Assembly: GCF_035687085.1 (NCBI RefSeq)
Contig: NZ_DASRYS010000014.1
Span: 16,840 to 80,839 of the forward strand
Source: Hyphomicrobium sp.
Lineage (GTDB): Bacteria; Pseudomonadota; Alphaproteobacteria; Rhizobiales; Hyphomicrobiaceae
Length of the DNA stretch: 64,000 nucleotides
Direction: 5' to 3'
A program made the position numbers and the translations under genes. Every line of letters begins with the position of its first letter. Position 1 is the first letter of the stretch. Under the pieces are notes generated by a model. It worked only from the letters and a program-made list of their open reading frames with translations, was not told the origin of the DNA and searched no databases. Below are positions 17,023 to 25,999 of this stretch, in pieces.

Positions 17023-18702
17023 ATGATCGTTTATGGCGATGGACATGTTCGCCTCACCGTTTCCGATGTCGCGGAAATACTGCATAAGCGGCTGAGCGCA
17101 CCGGCAAAGCCCTCTCTTCATGAGCTGCGGATCCGGTGCGCGATCGCGGGCCAGCTGGAACAGTCGGCGATCGACTCTTCGTCTAACTGGGCACCTGAAG
17201 CCGAAGCGCTCAGCATGCTCTGCGGTCACGCCTTTGCTGCGCGCGTTCTCGGCATTTCTTGGCCCAATAGCTACTCTCCTGAAGGCTGGGACCAAGCAGC
17301 CGGGATCCTCTTTGCAATCTCTTCCCGCGCAAAATCTGAGCGGCCCACCGATCCGATGAAAATTCCGGAGGGCTTTGCCTGGTACGCCGTTTACCCGGAT
17401 GCGTACGTCCAGGCTGCGCTCGCATGGGCTCGCACTGCGCGAACGCCGAGTTCTGTTACCGTCATCGGATTGCGGAGCATCGGCACGACTTTGTCCGGCG
17501 TCGTTGCGGCAGCGCTTCGCTCGCGCGGCTTTGCCGTTAACCGCATCACCGTGAGGCCAAAGGGCGATCCCTATCGCCGCCACGTGAGCCTTCCACCGGA
17601 ACTTCCTATCAACGCTGCTGCTCTCGTCGTCGACGAAGGCCCTGGCCGCTCCGGATCATCGATGGCTGCGACGGCGGATGCGCTTATTCGGCATGGCTTT
17701 GATCGAAACGCCATTGTCTTTTTACCTGCGCACACGAACGGGCCGGGTGGCGAAGTTTCAGCTTCTGTTGAGCAGTGGTGGCGGCAGACTGCAATTCACG
17801 TCGGCGGCTCCATCAGACCCGGCAAGCATCATCATTGCGACTGCATTGAAATGGGCGGCGGTCTTTGGATGCGGCGCGCGGGCGTCTCGGCGGATGACGT
17901 CCATGCTGCAGCTCCGATGCTCGAGGCTCCCAAGTTCATCACGGAAAATGGGACCTGTACGATCCTCTGGAAGTTCTCGGGCTTCACACTCGCGCCAAAT
18001 CGAAATGCCACGCTTAGCGAGGACACATCGCATAAGCTAACGTGGCTCGCTGACCACGGGTTGGTTCCTCGCCCTAAGTCCTGTGAAGATGGGTGGATCG
18101 GAACGCCTTGGGTCGATGGCCCTCGCCTAGCTTTGGGTCGTCTCACCGCCCTCGATGTCTTACAGGCCTGCAATTACATTCGTGCCGCTGCAGATCCTCC
18201 GCTCGAGTTCGCAGAGGCAGAAGCTGATCATAAACGGCTTGCAGATTTGCTTATCGAAAATGCGAAAGAGTTGTGCCCATCGGCAATCACTTCGGCGCAG
18301 CGAGCGGCCGATACACTCCTTTACGATGCGCGCCTTCACGATCTTCCAAGTTACGGCGACGGGCGCCTCGCGCCGCATGAATGGGCGCGAATGCCAACCG
18401 GCGAACTGCTGAAGCTCGACGCCGGCGGACACTCTTGTGATCACACTGCGATCGGTCCCCAAACCATTCTCTGGGACGTCGCCGGCTTGATGGTCGAATG
18501 GAACATGCACTCTCGCATCGCGGGCGATCTGCTTGATGCGTTCAAACTTAGCGCAGATCTCGAAAAAGCACTCGCGTGCTACGTCGCTGCATATGCGGCC
18601 TTTCGGGCTGGCGTCGCCACGCTCTGCGGCGCGCACGAGAGCAAGCAGCGGGCGATCGCTTACTACACCGCGCACCTCAAATCTGCCCTCACCGCGATAT
18701 GA
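17023..18702 (+). CDS. Hypothetical protein: PRTase-like domain fused to an APH/choline-kinase-like C-terminal domain
   Basis: 559-aa ORF. ALVVDEGPGRSGSSM matches the type I PRTase PRPP loop. LWKF, WVDG, DGRLAPHEW, LKLD and DVAG appear in kinase-fold order. Confidence 0.7.
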   Translation: MIVYGDGHVRLTVSDVAEILHKRLSAPAKPSLHELRIRCAIAGQLEQSAIDSSSNWAPEAEALSMLCGHAFAARVLGISWPNSYSPEGWDQAAGILFAISSRAKSERPTDPMKIPEGFAWYAVYPDAYVQAALAWARTARTPSSVTVIGLRSIGTTLSGVVAAALRSRGFAVNRITVRPKGDPYRRHVSLPPELPINAAALVVDEGPGRSGSSMAATADALIRHGFDRNAIVFLPAHTNGPGGEVSASVEQWWRQTAIHVGGSIRPGKHHHCDCIEMGGGLWMRRAGVSADDVHAAAPMLEAPKFITENGTCTILWKFSGFTLAPNRNATLSEDTSHKLTWLADHGLVPRPKSCEDGWIGTPWVDGPRLALGRLTALDVLQACNYIRAAADPPLEFAEAEADHKRLADLLIENAKELCPSAITSAQRAADTLLYDARLHDLPSYGDGRLAPHEWARMPTGELLKLDAGGHSCDHTAIGPQTILWDVAGLMVEWNMHSRIAGDLLDAFKLSADLEKALACYVAAYAAFRAGVATLCGAHESKQRAIAYYTAHLKSALTAI

Positions 18703-18713
18703 GAGGGGCCTCC

Positions 18714-19202
18714 ATGAAGTCGTCCCCGCCGAAGCTCTACATTTTCGATGTAGACGGCACGCTGCGGTGGACTCATACGCCCGGGCATCGCTTCCCTTTA
18801 TCATCCGCAGATTGGAGCTTAATGCCGAACGTCGCCGATACGTTGCGGGCAATTCCCTGGTCGACTCACGGTCCCTGGATTGCGCTGGCCTCCAATCAGC
18901 CGGGGCCTAGCGAAGGGTTGCTTACAGAAGCCAAGGCGCGCGACATGCTAGTTGCCACATTGCACGCAGCCGTCGGATTCCTTCCGCCGAGGGCTTGGAT
19001 TCAAATGTGCACATGTATGCCGGATGCGAGTTGCGCCCGCCACAAACCCAATCCTGGGATGCTGTCCGACGCGCTGCACCACTTCAATGTTTGCGGTTCC
19101 GACGCGCTCTTCGTCGGCGACCAGCCGATCGACGCAGAAGCGGCGCGGCGTGCCCGAATACCATTCTTGAGTGCCGCCGACTACTTTGGCTGGTGCTTAT
19201 AA
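18714..19202 (+). CDS. HAD-superfamily phosphatase (GmhB/HisB-N-like)
   Basis: FDVDGTL, ASNQ, C.C...C.RHKP.PGM, GDQPID; 162 aa. Confidence 0.85.
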   Translation: MKSSPPKLYIFDVDGTLRWTHTPGHRFPLSSADWSLMPNVADTLRAIPWSTHGPWIALASNQPGPSEGLLTEAKARDMLVATLHAAVGFLPPRAWIQMCTCMPDASCARHKPNPGMLSDALHHFNVCGSDALFVGDQPIDAEAARRARIPFLSAADYFGWCL

Positions 19203-20234
19203 AGCCGCCTCCTCGCCCGCACCGTTCAGCCCTCTTAAGGCCATCGCGGGAACCAATGTATTGACGCGATCCCATTCATGCCGCGTGGAGGCGAACCATT
19301 CGATGGTTTTGGTGAGGCCTTTGCGCAGCGGGACTTTCGGCGCCCATTCGAGCAATTCCTTGGCAAGTGCAATGTCAGGCTTGCGCCGGCGCGGATCGTC
19401 CACGGGCAGCGACTTATAAACGATCCGCGACGGCGAACCCGTGAGTTCTAGAACCGTTTGCACAAGCTCGCTCACGGTAATCTCGCTCGGGTTTCCGAGA
19501 TTAACAGGTGTGCGCACCGGGCTTGAATGAAATCCGAGCGCCAACAATCCTGATACGAGATCATCGAGATAGCAGAACGATCGGGTTTGGCTTCCGTCGC
19601 CGTATATCGAAATGTCGCTTCCCGACAGCGCCTGAGTGACCACATTGGAAACGACCCGGCCATCATCGGCGCGCATGCGAGGACCGTATGTGTTGAAAAT
19701 CCTAGCGACGCGGCAATCGACTTTGGCTGCGCGCATATAGTCGAAGGAAAGCGTTTCAGCTGCGCGTTTTCCTTCGTCGTAGCATGCGCGCGGCCCGATT
19801 GGATTGACGTTGCCGCAGTAGTCTTCCTTCTGCGGATGACGCAGCGGGTCACCATAAATCTCACTCGTCGATGCGAGCACGAACCGGGCCCCGAGATCGG
19901 ATGCCAGTGCTAGAAGGTTCCGTGTGCCCACGACGCTGGTCATCATCGTGTGAACCGGATCCGCTTGATAATGTGGAGGAGACGCGGCACAGGCGAGATT
20001 GAAAATCACATCGGCCCGAAGCGCCAAGGGCAATGGATCGATGATGTCCGCGTTGACGAGCCGAAAATTCGCCTCTCCGGCCAAATGTTTGAGATTGTCG
20101 GGCCGCCCACTCTGAAAGTTGTCTACGCCCACCACGTGGAAGCCGCGGCGGATGAGTGCATCGCAGAGATGCGATCCAATGAACCCGGCGGCACCGGCCA
20201 CAATAGCGTTCCGCATTTCGGCCTGTCTTGCCAT
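19197..20234 (-). CDS. UDP-glucuronate decarboxylase (UDP-xylose synthase)
   Basis: GAAGFIGSHL, LACAASPPHYQ, STSEIYGDP, YDEGKR, RIFNTYGPRM, DGRVVSN, QTRSFCY. Confidence 0.88.
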   Translation of the reverse strand: MARQAEMRNAIVAGAAGFIGSHLCDALIRRGFHVVGVDNFQSGRPDNLKHLAGEANFRLVNADIIDPLPLALRADVIFNLACAASPPHYQADPVHTMMTSVVGTRNLLALASDLGARFVLASTSEIYGDPLRHPQKEDYCGNVNPIGPRACYDEGKRAAETLSFDYMRAAKVDCRVARIFNTYGPRMRADDGRVVSNVVTQALSGSDISIYGDGSQTRSFCYLDDLVSGLLALGFHSSPVRTPVNLGNPSEITVSELVQTVLELTGSPSRIVYKSLPVDDPRRRKPDIALAKELLEWAPKVPLRKGLTKTIEWFASTRHEWDRVNTLVPAMALRGLNGAGEEAAL

Positions 20235-20252
20235 TCTCAAATCTCCACAAAC

Positions 20253-21380
20253 TCACGCCTGGTCCACTGAGGTCAGCTTTCCTTTTTGGTCCATCTTGGC
20301 GCGACTTTCATCGCGGCCACCGTCTGCAAACCAGTTTTCCAGTTCTATGGCACGCCAGTCTGAAGTGTGTTCAAGCAGCACCCGCTCTCTTGCCGCTTCG
20401 CCAATGCGGCGGCGATCTTCCGCGGGCATCTGCAGCACCCCCGTCACATGTTCGCTGCTCTCTGCAGTGACGATCTCCTGATCGGGAACGAAGAAGGCTT
20501 CCAGACCCGGCCAGTCGTCCGAGATTATGGGCGTCTCGCATGCGGCGGCCTCGAAGAGGCGGACACTTGGACTGAAGCCCGCTGTCCTCATATCTGCGCG
20601 GGTCAAATTCAGCGCCCATCCAAGGCTCGAATAAAATTCGGCGTGCTTTGACGGAGGCACGTGCTCAATTCGCTCCACGTTTTCCGGCCAGCGGATCGAG
20701 CTTGGATATTGCGCGCCAGCGACCACGAACGTCATTTCCGGCAGCTGGCGCGCAACTTCGTTTATGAAGCGCTCAACTCCGGGCTGACGGTCCGCACTGT
20801 AGGTTCCGATATATCCAAGATCCCAGCGCTTGCGCGTGAGCTGTGGCTTGTAGATTGTCGTATCGACAGAGCAATAGAGAGCGAGCGCCGACCGAGCGCG
20901 CCATTTATCGACCAGAAGCTTGAGCGTTGGTCCACCGGTGAATGAGAAGTAGCAGGCGTATTGCCGAACTTGTGCGGGCGACAAGTACGTGCAGGTGCCC
21001 CGGGCAAGAGCGCTCAAGGTGACAGGCGTGTCGATGTCGTAGAACGCGATCTTGCCGCGGGCGACGCGGAACACCCAATCCGCAACTGCGATCCCGTCCG
21101 GCACGAACGAGCCGATGATCACCAAGTCCGCCGAGGCGATCTCCCTCTTCCAATCCTCTAAGCCCGCCAGGCCATCGTAGAAGTGGAGTTCGCAGCACGC
21201 GGGTCCGATCAGGTCTCGGTTGGCGGCGTACCACGGGACATCGCGCTCCAGGAACATTACACGATGACCGCGATCCGATAGGCTGCGAATGAGCGCGCGA
21301 TAGGTGGTGGCATGGCCATTCCCCCAAGCGGACGAAAGGCTCAATCCCAAGATGACGATGCGCAAAGAACGCCTCTTCAT
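20253..21380 (-). CDS. CgeB-family glycosyltransferase
   Basis: SSAWGNGHATTYRAL, YDIDTPVT, YIGTYSADRQ, PSVRLFEAAAC; 375 aa. Confidence 0.85.
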   Translation of the reverse strand: MKRRSLRIVILGLSLSSAWGNGHATTYRALIRSLSDRGHRVMFLERDVPWYAANRDLIGPACCELHFYDGLAGLEDWKREIASADLVIIGSFVPDGIAVADWVFRVARGKIAFYDIDTPVTLSALARGTCTYLSPAQVRQYACYFSFTGGPTLKLLVDKWRARSALALYCSVDTTIYKPQLTRKRWDLGYIGTYSADRQPGVERFINEVARQLPEMTFVVAGAQYPSSIRWPENVERIEHVPPSKHAEFYSSLGWALNLTRADMRTAGFSPSVRLFEAAACETPIISDDWPGLEAFFVPDQEIVTAESSEHVTGVLQMPAEDRRRIGEAARERVLLEHTSDWRAIELENWFADGGRDESRAKMDQKGKLTSVDQA

Positions 21381-22471
21381 GCCACCGCCTGCTGATCTTT
21401 CGCCGCAACCAATTCGCTCAGGACGCGGTCCACAATCTGTGCCCTCTGATTATACGTATGTTCGCGAAGAACGCGCCTTCTTGCTCCTTCCCCGATCTGC
21501 CGCGCACGTTGCGGCGTGAGCGATGCCAGCGCTCTCGCGACATCGCGAGCGTCATTGATGACGATCACTTCTTCACCTGGCGTCAGAAATTCTGAGATGC
21601 CCTCCCAGCCGTCCGTCATCAGGCATGCACCTGCTCCTGCAGCTTCGAACACGCGCGTTGCAGGAGAGAACCCTGTGGTTGCCATCGATTTGCGTGAAAT
21701 GTTGATCACAGCGAGCGGCGAGCAATTGAACGCGTTGTGATCCCGAGTCGAGAGGTGTCCGATGAATTCGACATTCGGAGGCAGTTGCCATGGCTCCCAG
21801 CCCGATCCTGCTAGAAGGAATTTGCGGTGAGGCAGAAGGCGTGCGGCCTCGAAGAAGAACGCATCGACGCGCGCTTCGCGATCTGGCAGGCGATTGCCAA
21901 GAAATGCGAGATCGGCGGTGAAGCGCGACTGCGGCGCGACTGGAAAGTGCGTCTCAGGGTCGAGCGCGTTATAAATCGGCACACACCGGCGCGCGCCAAC
22001 ACGCCGATAGGCTTCGACGACCGGGGATCCGCCGCCATAGGTCAAGACGCAGTCCAAACGCTTCAACGCGGCGCGAAGCGGGTGCCGCGTGTCGCCATCG
22101 ATCTCCGCCAGGGTTGCCGGTGCGTCGACGTCCCAGAAAATTCCGAGCTTTCCCTTCGCGGCTTCGGCGACCGTGGCTGCAAGGATCTCATTATCAAGTG
22201 CGCCGACGCCGCTTGCTTTGACGATAATGTCGGCGCCGGCTGCGTGCCGGAAGGCTGCCTGCATCGCCTCAACTGTTGGCTCATAGACAACGACCTCGGC
22301 CCAATCCGGCGGGTCCATGTCGCGGTGCTGTTGGCGGTCAAAGGCATCCGGCTCATAGAACGTGATGCGATAGCCTTGCCGTGCAAGGGCGGCGATGATT
22401 CCACGGTAGTACGTCGCGGCGCCGTTCCAATAGCTCGACAGCAGGCTGGAACCGAAGAACGCAATGTGCAT
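21377..22471 (-). CDS. CgeB-family glycosyltransferase
   Basis: SSYWNGAATYYRGI, WDVDAPAT, FLGNRLPDRE, PATRVFEAAGAG; start MHIAFFG coupled to the upstream stop. Confidence 0.85.
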   Translation of the reverse strand: MHIAFFGSSLLSSYWNGAATYYRGIIAALARQGYRITFYEPDAFDRQQHRDMDPPDWAEVVVYEPTVEAMQAAFRHAAGADIIVKASGVGALDNEILAATVAEAAKGKLGIFWDVDAPATLAEIDGDTRHPLRAALKRLDCVLTYGGGSPVVEAYRRVGARRCVPIYNALDPETHFPVAPQSRFTADLAFLGNRLPDREARVDAFFFEAARLLPHRKFLLAGSGWEPWQLPPNVEFIGHLSTRDHNAFNCSPLAVINISRKSMATTGFSPATRVFEAAGAGACLMTDGWEGISEFLTPGEEVIVINDARDVARALASLTPQRARQIGEGARRRVLREHTYNQRAQIVDRVLSELVAAKDQQAVA

Positions 22472-23589
22472 CAGGCTGCTCCCTTCAACCGGGGCCGGAT
22501 CTGCTCCGCGATGGCGAGAAGCTCGCTGGCACGGTGAGCGCACGTGTGCTTATTTCTGATGGTCTCCAGGCCGTTGGCGGCAAGCTCGCGCCGCAGGCCG
22601 GCATCGTTCGCAAGGGCGCGCATGGCGCTCGCCATATCCGTCTCACTTGAAGCCGTAAGGAAGTCCTCGCCCGCGCGGAACAGGTTTTCAGAATCTTCCC
22701 ATGGTGCGCAGACGAGCGGCAAACCGCAGGCCAGCGCTTCGAAGACGCGGATGGTCGGAATGCCAGGAAGAAACTTCACGTAATAGCGTCTTGGCACATG
22801 AACGGTGAAAAGGTGCCGCGCGAATATCTCCGGAACCCGATCGTTCGCACTCCAACCGTGATATTCGGCGCCATGCGCGTGCAGAGCTTCGATGGCCTCA
22901 TCGGGATATCGCACCCCATGCACGTCAAGCTTGACCTGCGCATCGCGTGCCGGCCGCAATAGGTAGGCGCCAAGCTCCTCACTGCGTTCTCCATCGCCCC
23001 AGTTGCCGATCCATACGGCCCCTGAGCGCATCTGGTTCTCGTTTCTATCAGGCGATGTGGCAAGGCGAACGTCGGCTGCTTCATGAAAGACGAAGACGCG
23101 ATTGCCCCAACCCGCGCGTGCATAGACGTCGGCAAGTGATTGCCCGAAGGCGAGCACGCCGTCGTAGCCCGACAAGTCCATCTTGTTGATAGCGCGAGGA
23201 TCGCTTACTGCCCGGTGATGCGTGTCATGAAAAAGAAGCGTGAACGCCGCGCCGCGCTTTTTCTTGTCACCGAGCGCCGTCACTATCTCAGGCGCTGTCC
23301 ACTCGTGCACGATGACGAGATCCGCGTCCGCGATTGCAGGTAGGATGTCCATCGAAGAGTCATAGGTTGCAATCGCACCAGCCAGGTCGGGAAACCGAGC
23401 CGCAAATCGCGAGAGAGTTCCTGGACCCTGCTCCGCTTCGAGATTTTCTCGGCTCCAACTCCTTTCAGGCTCGAGGGCAAGCACATCGTGGCCGCGGCCG
23501 GCGAGTTCGCGGAGCAAACCGCGCAGGAAATGCGCGTTTCCGTGGTTCCAACAAGAAACAAGCGAATGCGTGAGATAGACGATCCTCAT
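22471..23589 (-). CDS. CgeB-family glycosyltransferase
   Basis: VSCWNHGNAHFLRGL, HDTHHRA, WIGNWGDGERS, PTIRVFEALACG; 372 aa. Confidence 0.85.
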   Translation of the reverse strand: MRIVYLTHSLVSCWNHGNAHFLRGLLRELAGRGHDVLALEPERSWSRENLEAEQGPGTLSRFAARFPDLAGAIATYDSSMDILPAIADADLVIVHEWTAPEIVTALGDKKKRGAAFTLLFHDTHHRAVSDPRAINKMDLSGYDGVLAFGQSLADVYARAGWGNRVFVFHEAADVRLATSPDRNENQMRSGAVWIGNWGDGERSEELGAYLLRPARDAQVKLDVHGVRYPDEAIEALHAHGAEYHGWSANDRVPEIFARHLFTVHVPRRYYVKFLPGIPTIRVFEALACGLPLVCAPWEDSENLFRAGEDFLTASSETDMASAMRALANDAGLRRELAANGLETIRNKHTCAHRASELLAIAEQIRPRLKGAA

Positions 23590-24725
23590 GCGCCGGCCTC
23601 CAGCTGAACAAGCGGTGGTGCGCGCGCGGCGAGGACGCGTGAGTAAATGTTCATCGTCTCTGCGCCCATGCGCTCGGCTGAATAGGCTCGCGATCTCTCG
23701 GCAGCGGCTGCCGCGAGCACCGCACGCTCATCCGGCGACGCCATGAGACGTAAAATGGTCTCCGCGAGTTCGGCAGGATCGTCGGGATCTATGAAGAGCG
23801 CAGCGCCATCCCAGAGCTCGCGAAAGGTCGAAATGTCGGACAAAACGAGGGCTACGCCGGCTTGAGCGGCCTCGAGCACCGCGAGGCCAAAGGGCTCATA
23901 TTTCGACATGCTGACGAACACCGCGGCGCGCCGGTACCATTCCTGCATCTCGTCATGAGCTAGCGCGCCAAGCAGGGAAAGATGCGAGAGATCGGCCGTC
24001 TCGCCGTTGGGCCCGTTTTGCGGCCCAGCCGCATAGATCTTTCTTCCGCTGAGCCTTGCGGCTTCACCAACCACCCGAAGGTTTTTTCCGGCATCCCACA
24101 GACGGCCGGCCGTGAACACAACATCCGCTCTGTTGATCGGCGCTGTCGCAGGAGAAAGCGTTCGTCCATTATGGACAGCCGTGATGGGCGTGACCGCACC
24201 GTACAGCGCAGCCAAGTCACGCGCGAATGACGCGCTCGGCGCTATGACCGCATCGGCCAAGGTCAATCCGACTCCAGTTCTTCGCGCGCGCCAGGCGAGA
24301 TCCGGCGGCATCGCACCTTTTCCAGCGTGCGCCCACCACGTTCCAACGCAGGAGTGAGCAGAAATGGTCAAAGGCACATCCCACTCCTTCAATCCGGCTT
24401 GAGCTGGCGCATTGAGGTGAACGATATCGGCGCTCCACTCGCGGGCGCGATCCTGCAGCTCGGCGGCGGTGACATCGAGTTCGCCTTCTGACGCCGCTGT
24501 CCAGTCGAGCGGCAAACGACTGACCTCGAGCGACGCGGCACCCGCGCGTCGTGCCGCCTTCTCTTGCAACCGGCTGGGCGGGGGACCGAGAACGCAAATC
24601 CGCACTTCGACATCGTTGCCGCTCAGATAGTTCGTGAGTTCCAACGCGTAGGTCCAAACTCCGCCCACGGTGTCCGAAGTCATGAAGACGCGTTTCGGCA
24701 ACGGCGTGCGGGAGTTCAGCGGCAC
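23586..24725 (-). CDS. Glycosyltransferase family 4
   Basis: DTVGGVWTY, AGRLWDAGKN, YEPFGLAVLEAA (EX7E), SDISTFRELW; 379 aa. Confidence 0.88.
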   Translation of the reverse strand: MPLNSRTPLPKRVFMTSDTVGGVWTYALELTNYLSGNDVEVRICVLGPPPSRLQEKAARRAGAASLEVSRLPLDWTAASEGELDVTAAELQDRAREWSADIVHLNAPAQAGLKEWDVPLTISAHSCVGTWWAHAGKGAMPPDLAWRARRTGVGLTLADAVIAPSASFARDLAALYGAVTPITAVHNGRTLSPATAPINRADVVFTAGRLWDAGKNLRVVGEAARLSGRKIYAAGPQNGPNGETADLSHLSLLGALAHDEMQEWYRRAAVFVSMSKYEPFGLAVLEAAQAGVALVLSDISTFRELWDGAALFIDPDDPAELAETILRLMASPDERAVLAAAAAERSRAYSAERMGAETMNIYSRVLAARAPPLVQLEAGA

Positions 24726-25999
24726 GTCGCCTCCAGTTCTTCCAGCGGCAACGGATGCGCATCCTGGATGTCACTGAAGCGAGAGAATTGTTCCAGATAA
24801 TAGCTGTGTGCTCGTTCCCAGGCGTTCTCATCTGGCTCGCCGAACAGGCGCCTATAGTCGGGCGAGCTGGGGTATGGATAAAGCGGCACCGGATCATTGG
24901 CCCAGACGCCGGCATTTCGAAGCTGCTCGCGCCAGCGGGTGACCATATCCGCTTCGTCACCAGCCATGTTGATCAGGTTCGCCTGGACGAATGGAATGTG
25001 TTGGCGCGCTTTTATCAGCAGCGTTGCCAATTCATCGGTGGTCAGGCGGCACTTCTTACCTAGCGCGTTACGTCCCTCTTCCGTCAAACTTTCGACACCT
25101 GCTTCGACAGAGACGCAGCCTGCTTGACCAAGAAGCGCGAGCATGTCGGGTTTCCAGAGATCGATGCGCGTTTGAACTCCGAATTCAACATCTCGCTCTA
25201 CGAGTGCTTCGAGAAGCGGACGATTGGGAAGAAAAATCTCGTCGATGAAATAGATGTACGTCACGCCCTGCTGCAGCAGGCCGTCGATCTCATCGAGTAG
25301 GATCGGCAGCTCGCGGCGGCGGTAGCGATCTCGGAAATCAATCTTCGCGCAGAAGGTGCATGCGTATGGGCAGCCGCGCGAGGCTTCCACCTCGGCGCCG
25401 GGACCGTCGGGCGTACGATCGAACCTGTGGTGATGATGGCCGTGCGGGTGGATATAGCAATCGTCCCACCGAAGGGCGGGCGCATCTACAAATTTTGCTG
25501 CTTGGGGCGCACCACGAACTTCGATCGCGTCCCCTGATTTGATTGCGATGCCGGTCACATTCTCGAGCTCGCTTTCTGCGAGCGCGGCGACGGTTTCCTC
25601 GCACTCTCCGCGCACTGCAATGCCGGCGTTGAGTTTCAGAAGCGTGGTTCTCGGCGTCACGGAAGCATGCGGGCCGACCACAACCCGCTTCCCTCCCCGA
25701 GTGCCAAGGAGATCGAGAAATTCGCGCGGAATGGAAAGTTCCGGCGGGGCACAGCGCCAGAAAAGGTACGACGGCGCGGTGGTGACCACGGTCATGTCAG
25801 GAGAAAAGGCGGAAACTTTATCCGCTATTTCGCCGTTCGAGAGGGACAAAAGGGGCCCGTCGACCAGAAGAGTTGCGTGCCCGCTTCGCTCCAGCAGGGA
25901 CTTGCTATAGGCGAGTTCGAGCGGCAGGTGCGGCGCGGTGCAGCCGAAGTAAGTGCTGCCTTCGAAACTCCACGCGGGATTTATCAATGCCACTTTCAT
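24716..25999 (-). CDS. Radical SAM protein with a B12-binding-like N-terminal domain (TIGR04295-like)
   Basis: EASRGCPYACTFC (CxxxCxxC), FIDEIF, QTRIDLW, EAGVES; start ATG overlaps the upstream TGA. Confidence 0.85.
   Translation of the reverse strand: MKVALINPAWSFEGSTYFGCTAPHLPLELAYSKSLLERSGHATLLVDGPLLSLSNGEIADKVSAFSPDMTVVTTAPSYLFWRCAPPELSIPREFLDLLGTRGGKRVVVGPHASVTPRTTLLKLNAGIAVRGECEETVAALAESELENVTGIAIKSGDAIEVRGAPQAAKFVDAPALRWDDCYIHPHGHHHHRFDRTPDGPGAEVEASRGCPYACTFCAKIDFRDRYRRRELPILLDEIDGLLQQGVTYIYFIDEIFLPNRPLLEALVERDVEFGVQTRIDLWKPDMLALLGQAGCVSVEAGVESLTEEGRNALGKKCRLTTDELATLLIKARQHIPFVQANLINMAGDEADMVTRWREQLRNAGVWANDPVPLYPYPSSPDYRRLFGEPDENAWERAHSYYLEQFSRFSDIQDAHPLPLEELEATCR

Noticed and set aside
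16666-17583. 305-aa minus-strand ORF
   Set aside because: It is antisense to two plus-strand genes that have an RBS, a promoter and recognisable motifs. It is Arg-rich with no domain motif, so it is a shadow ORF.
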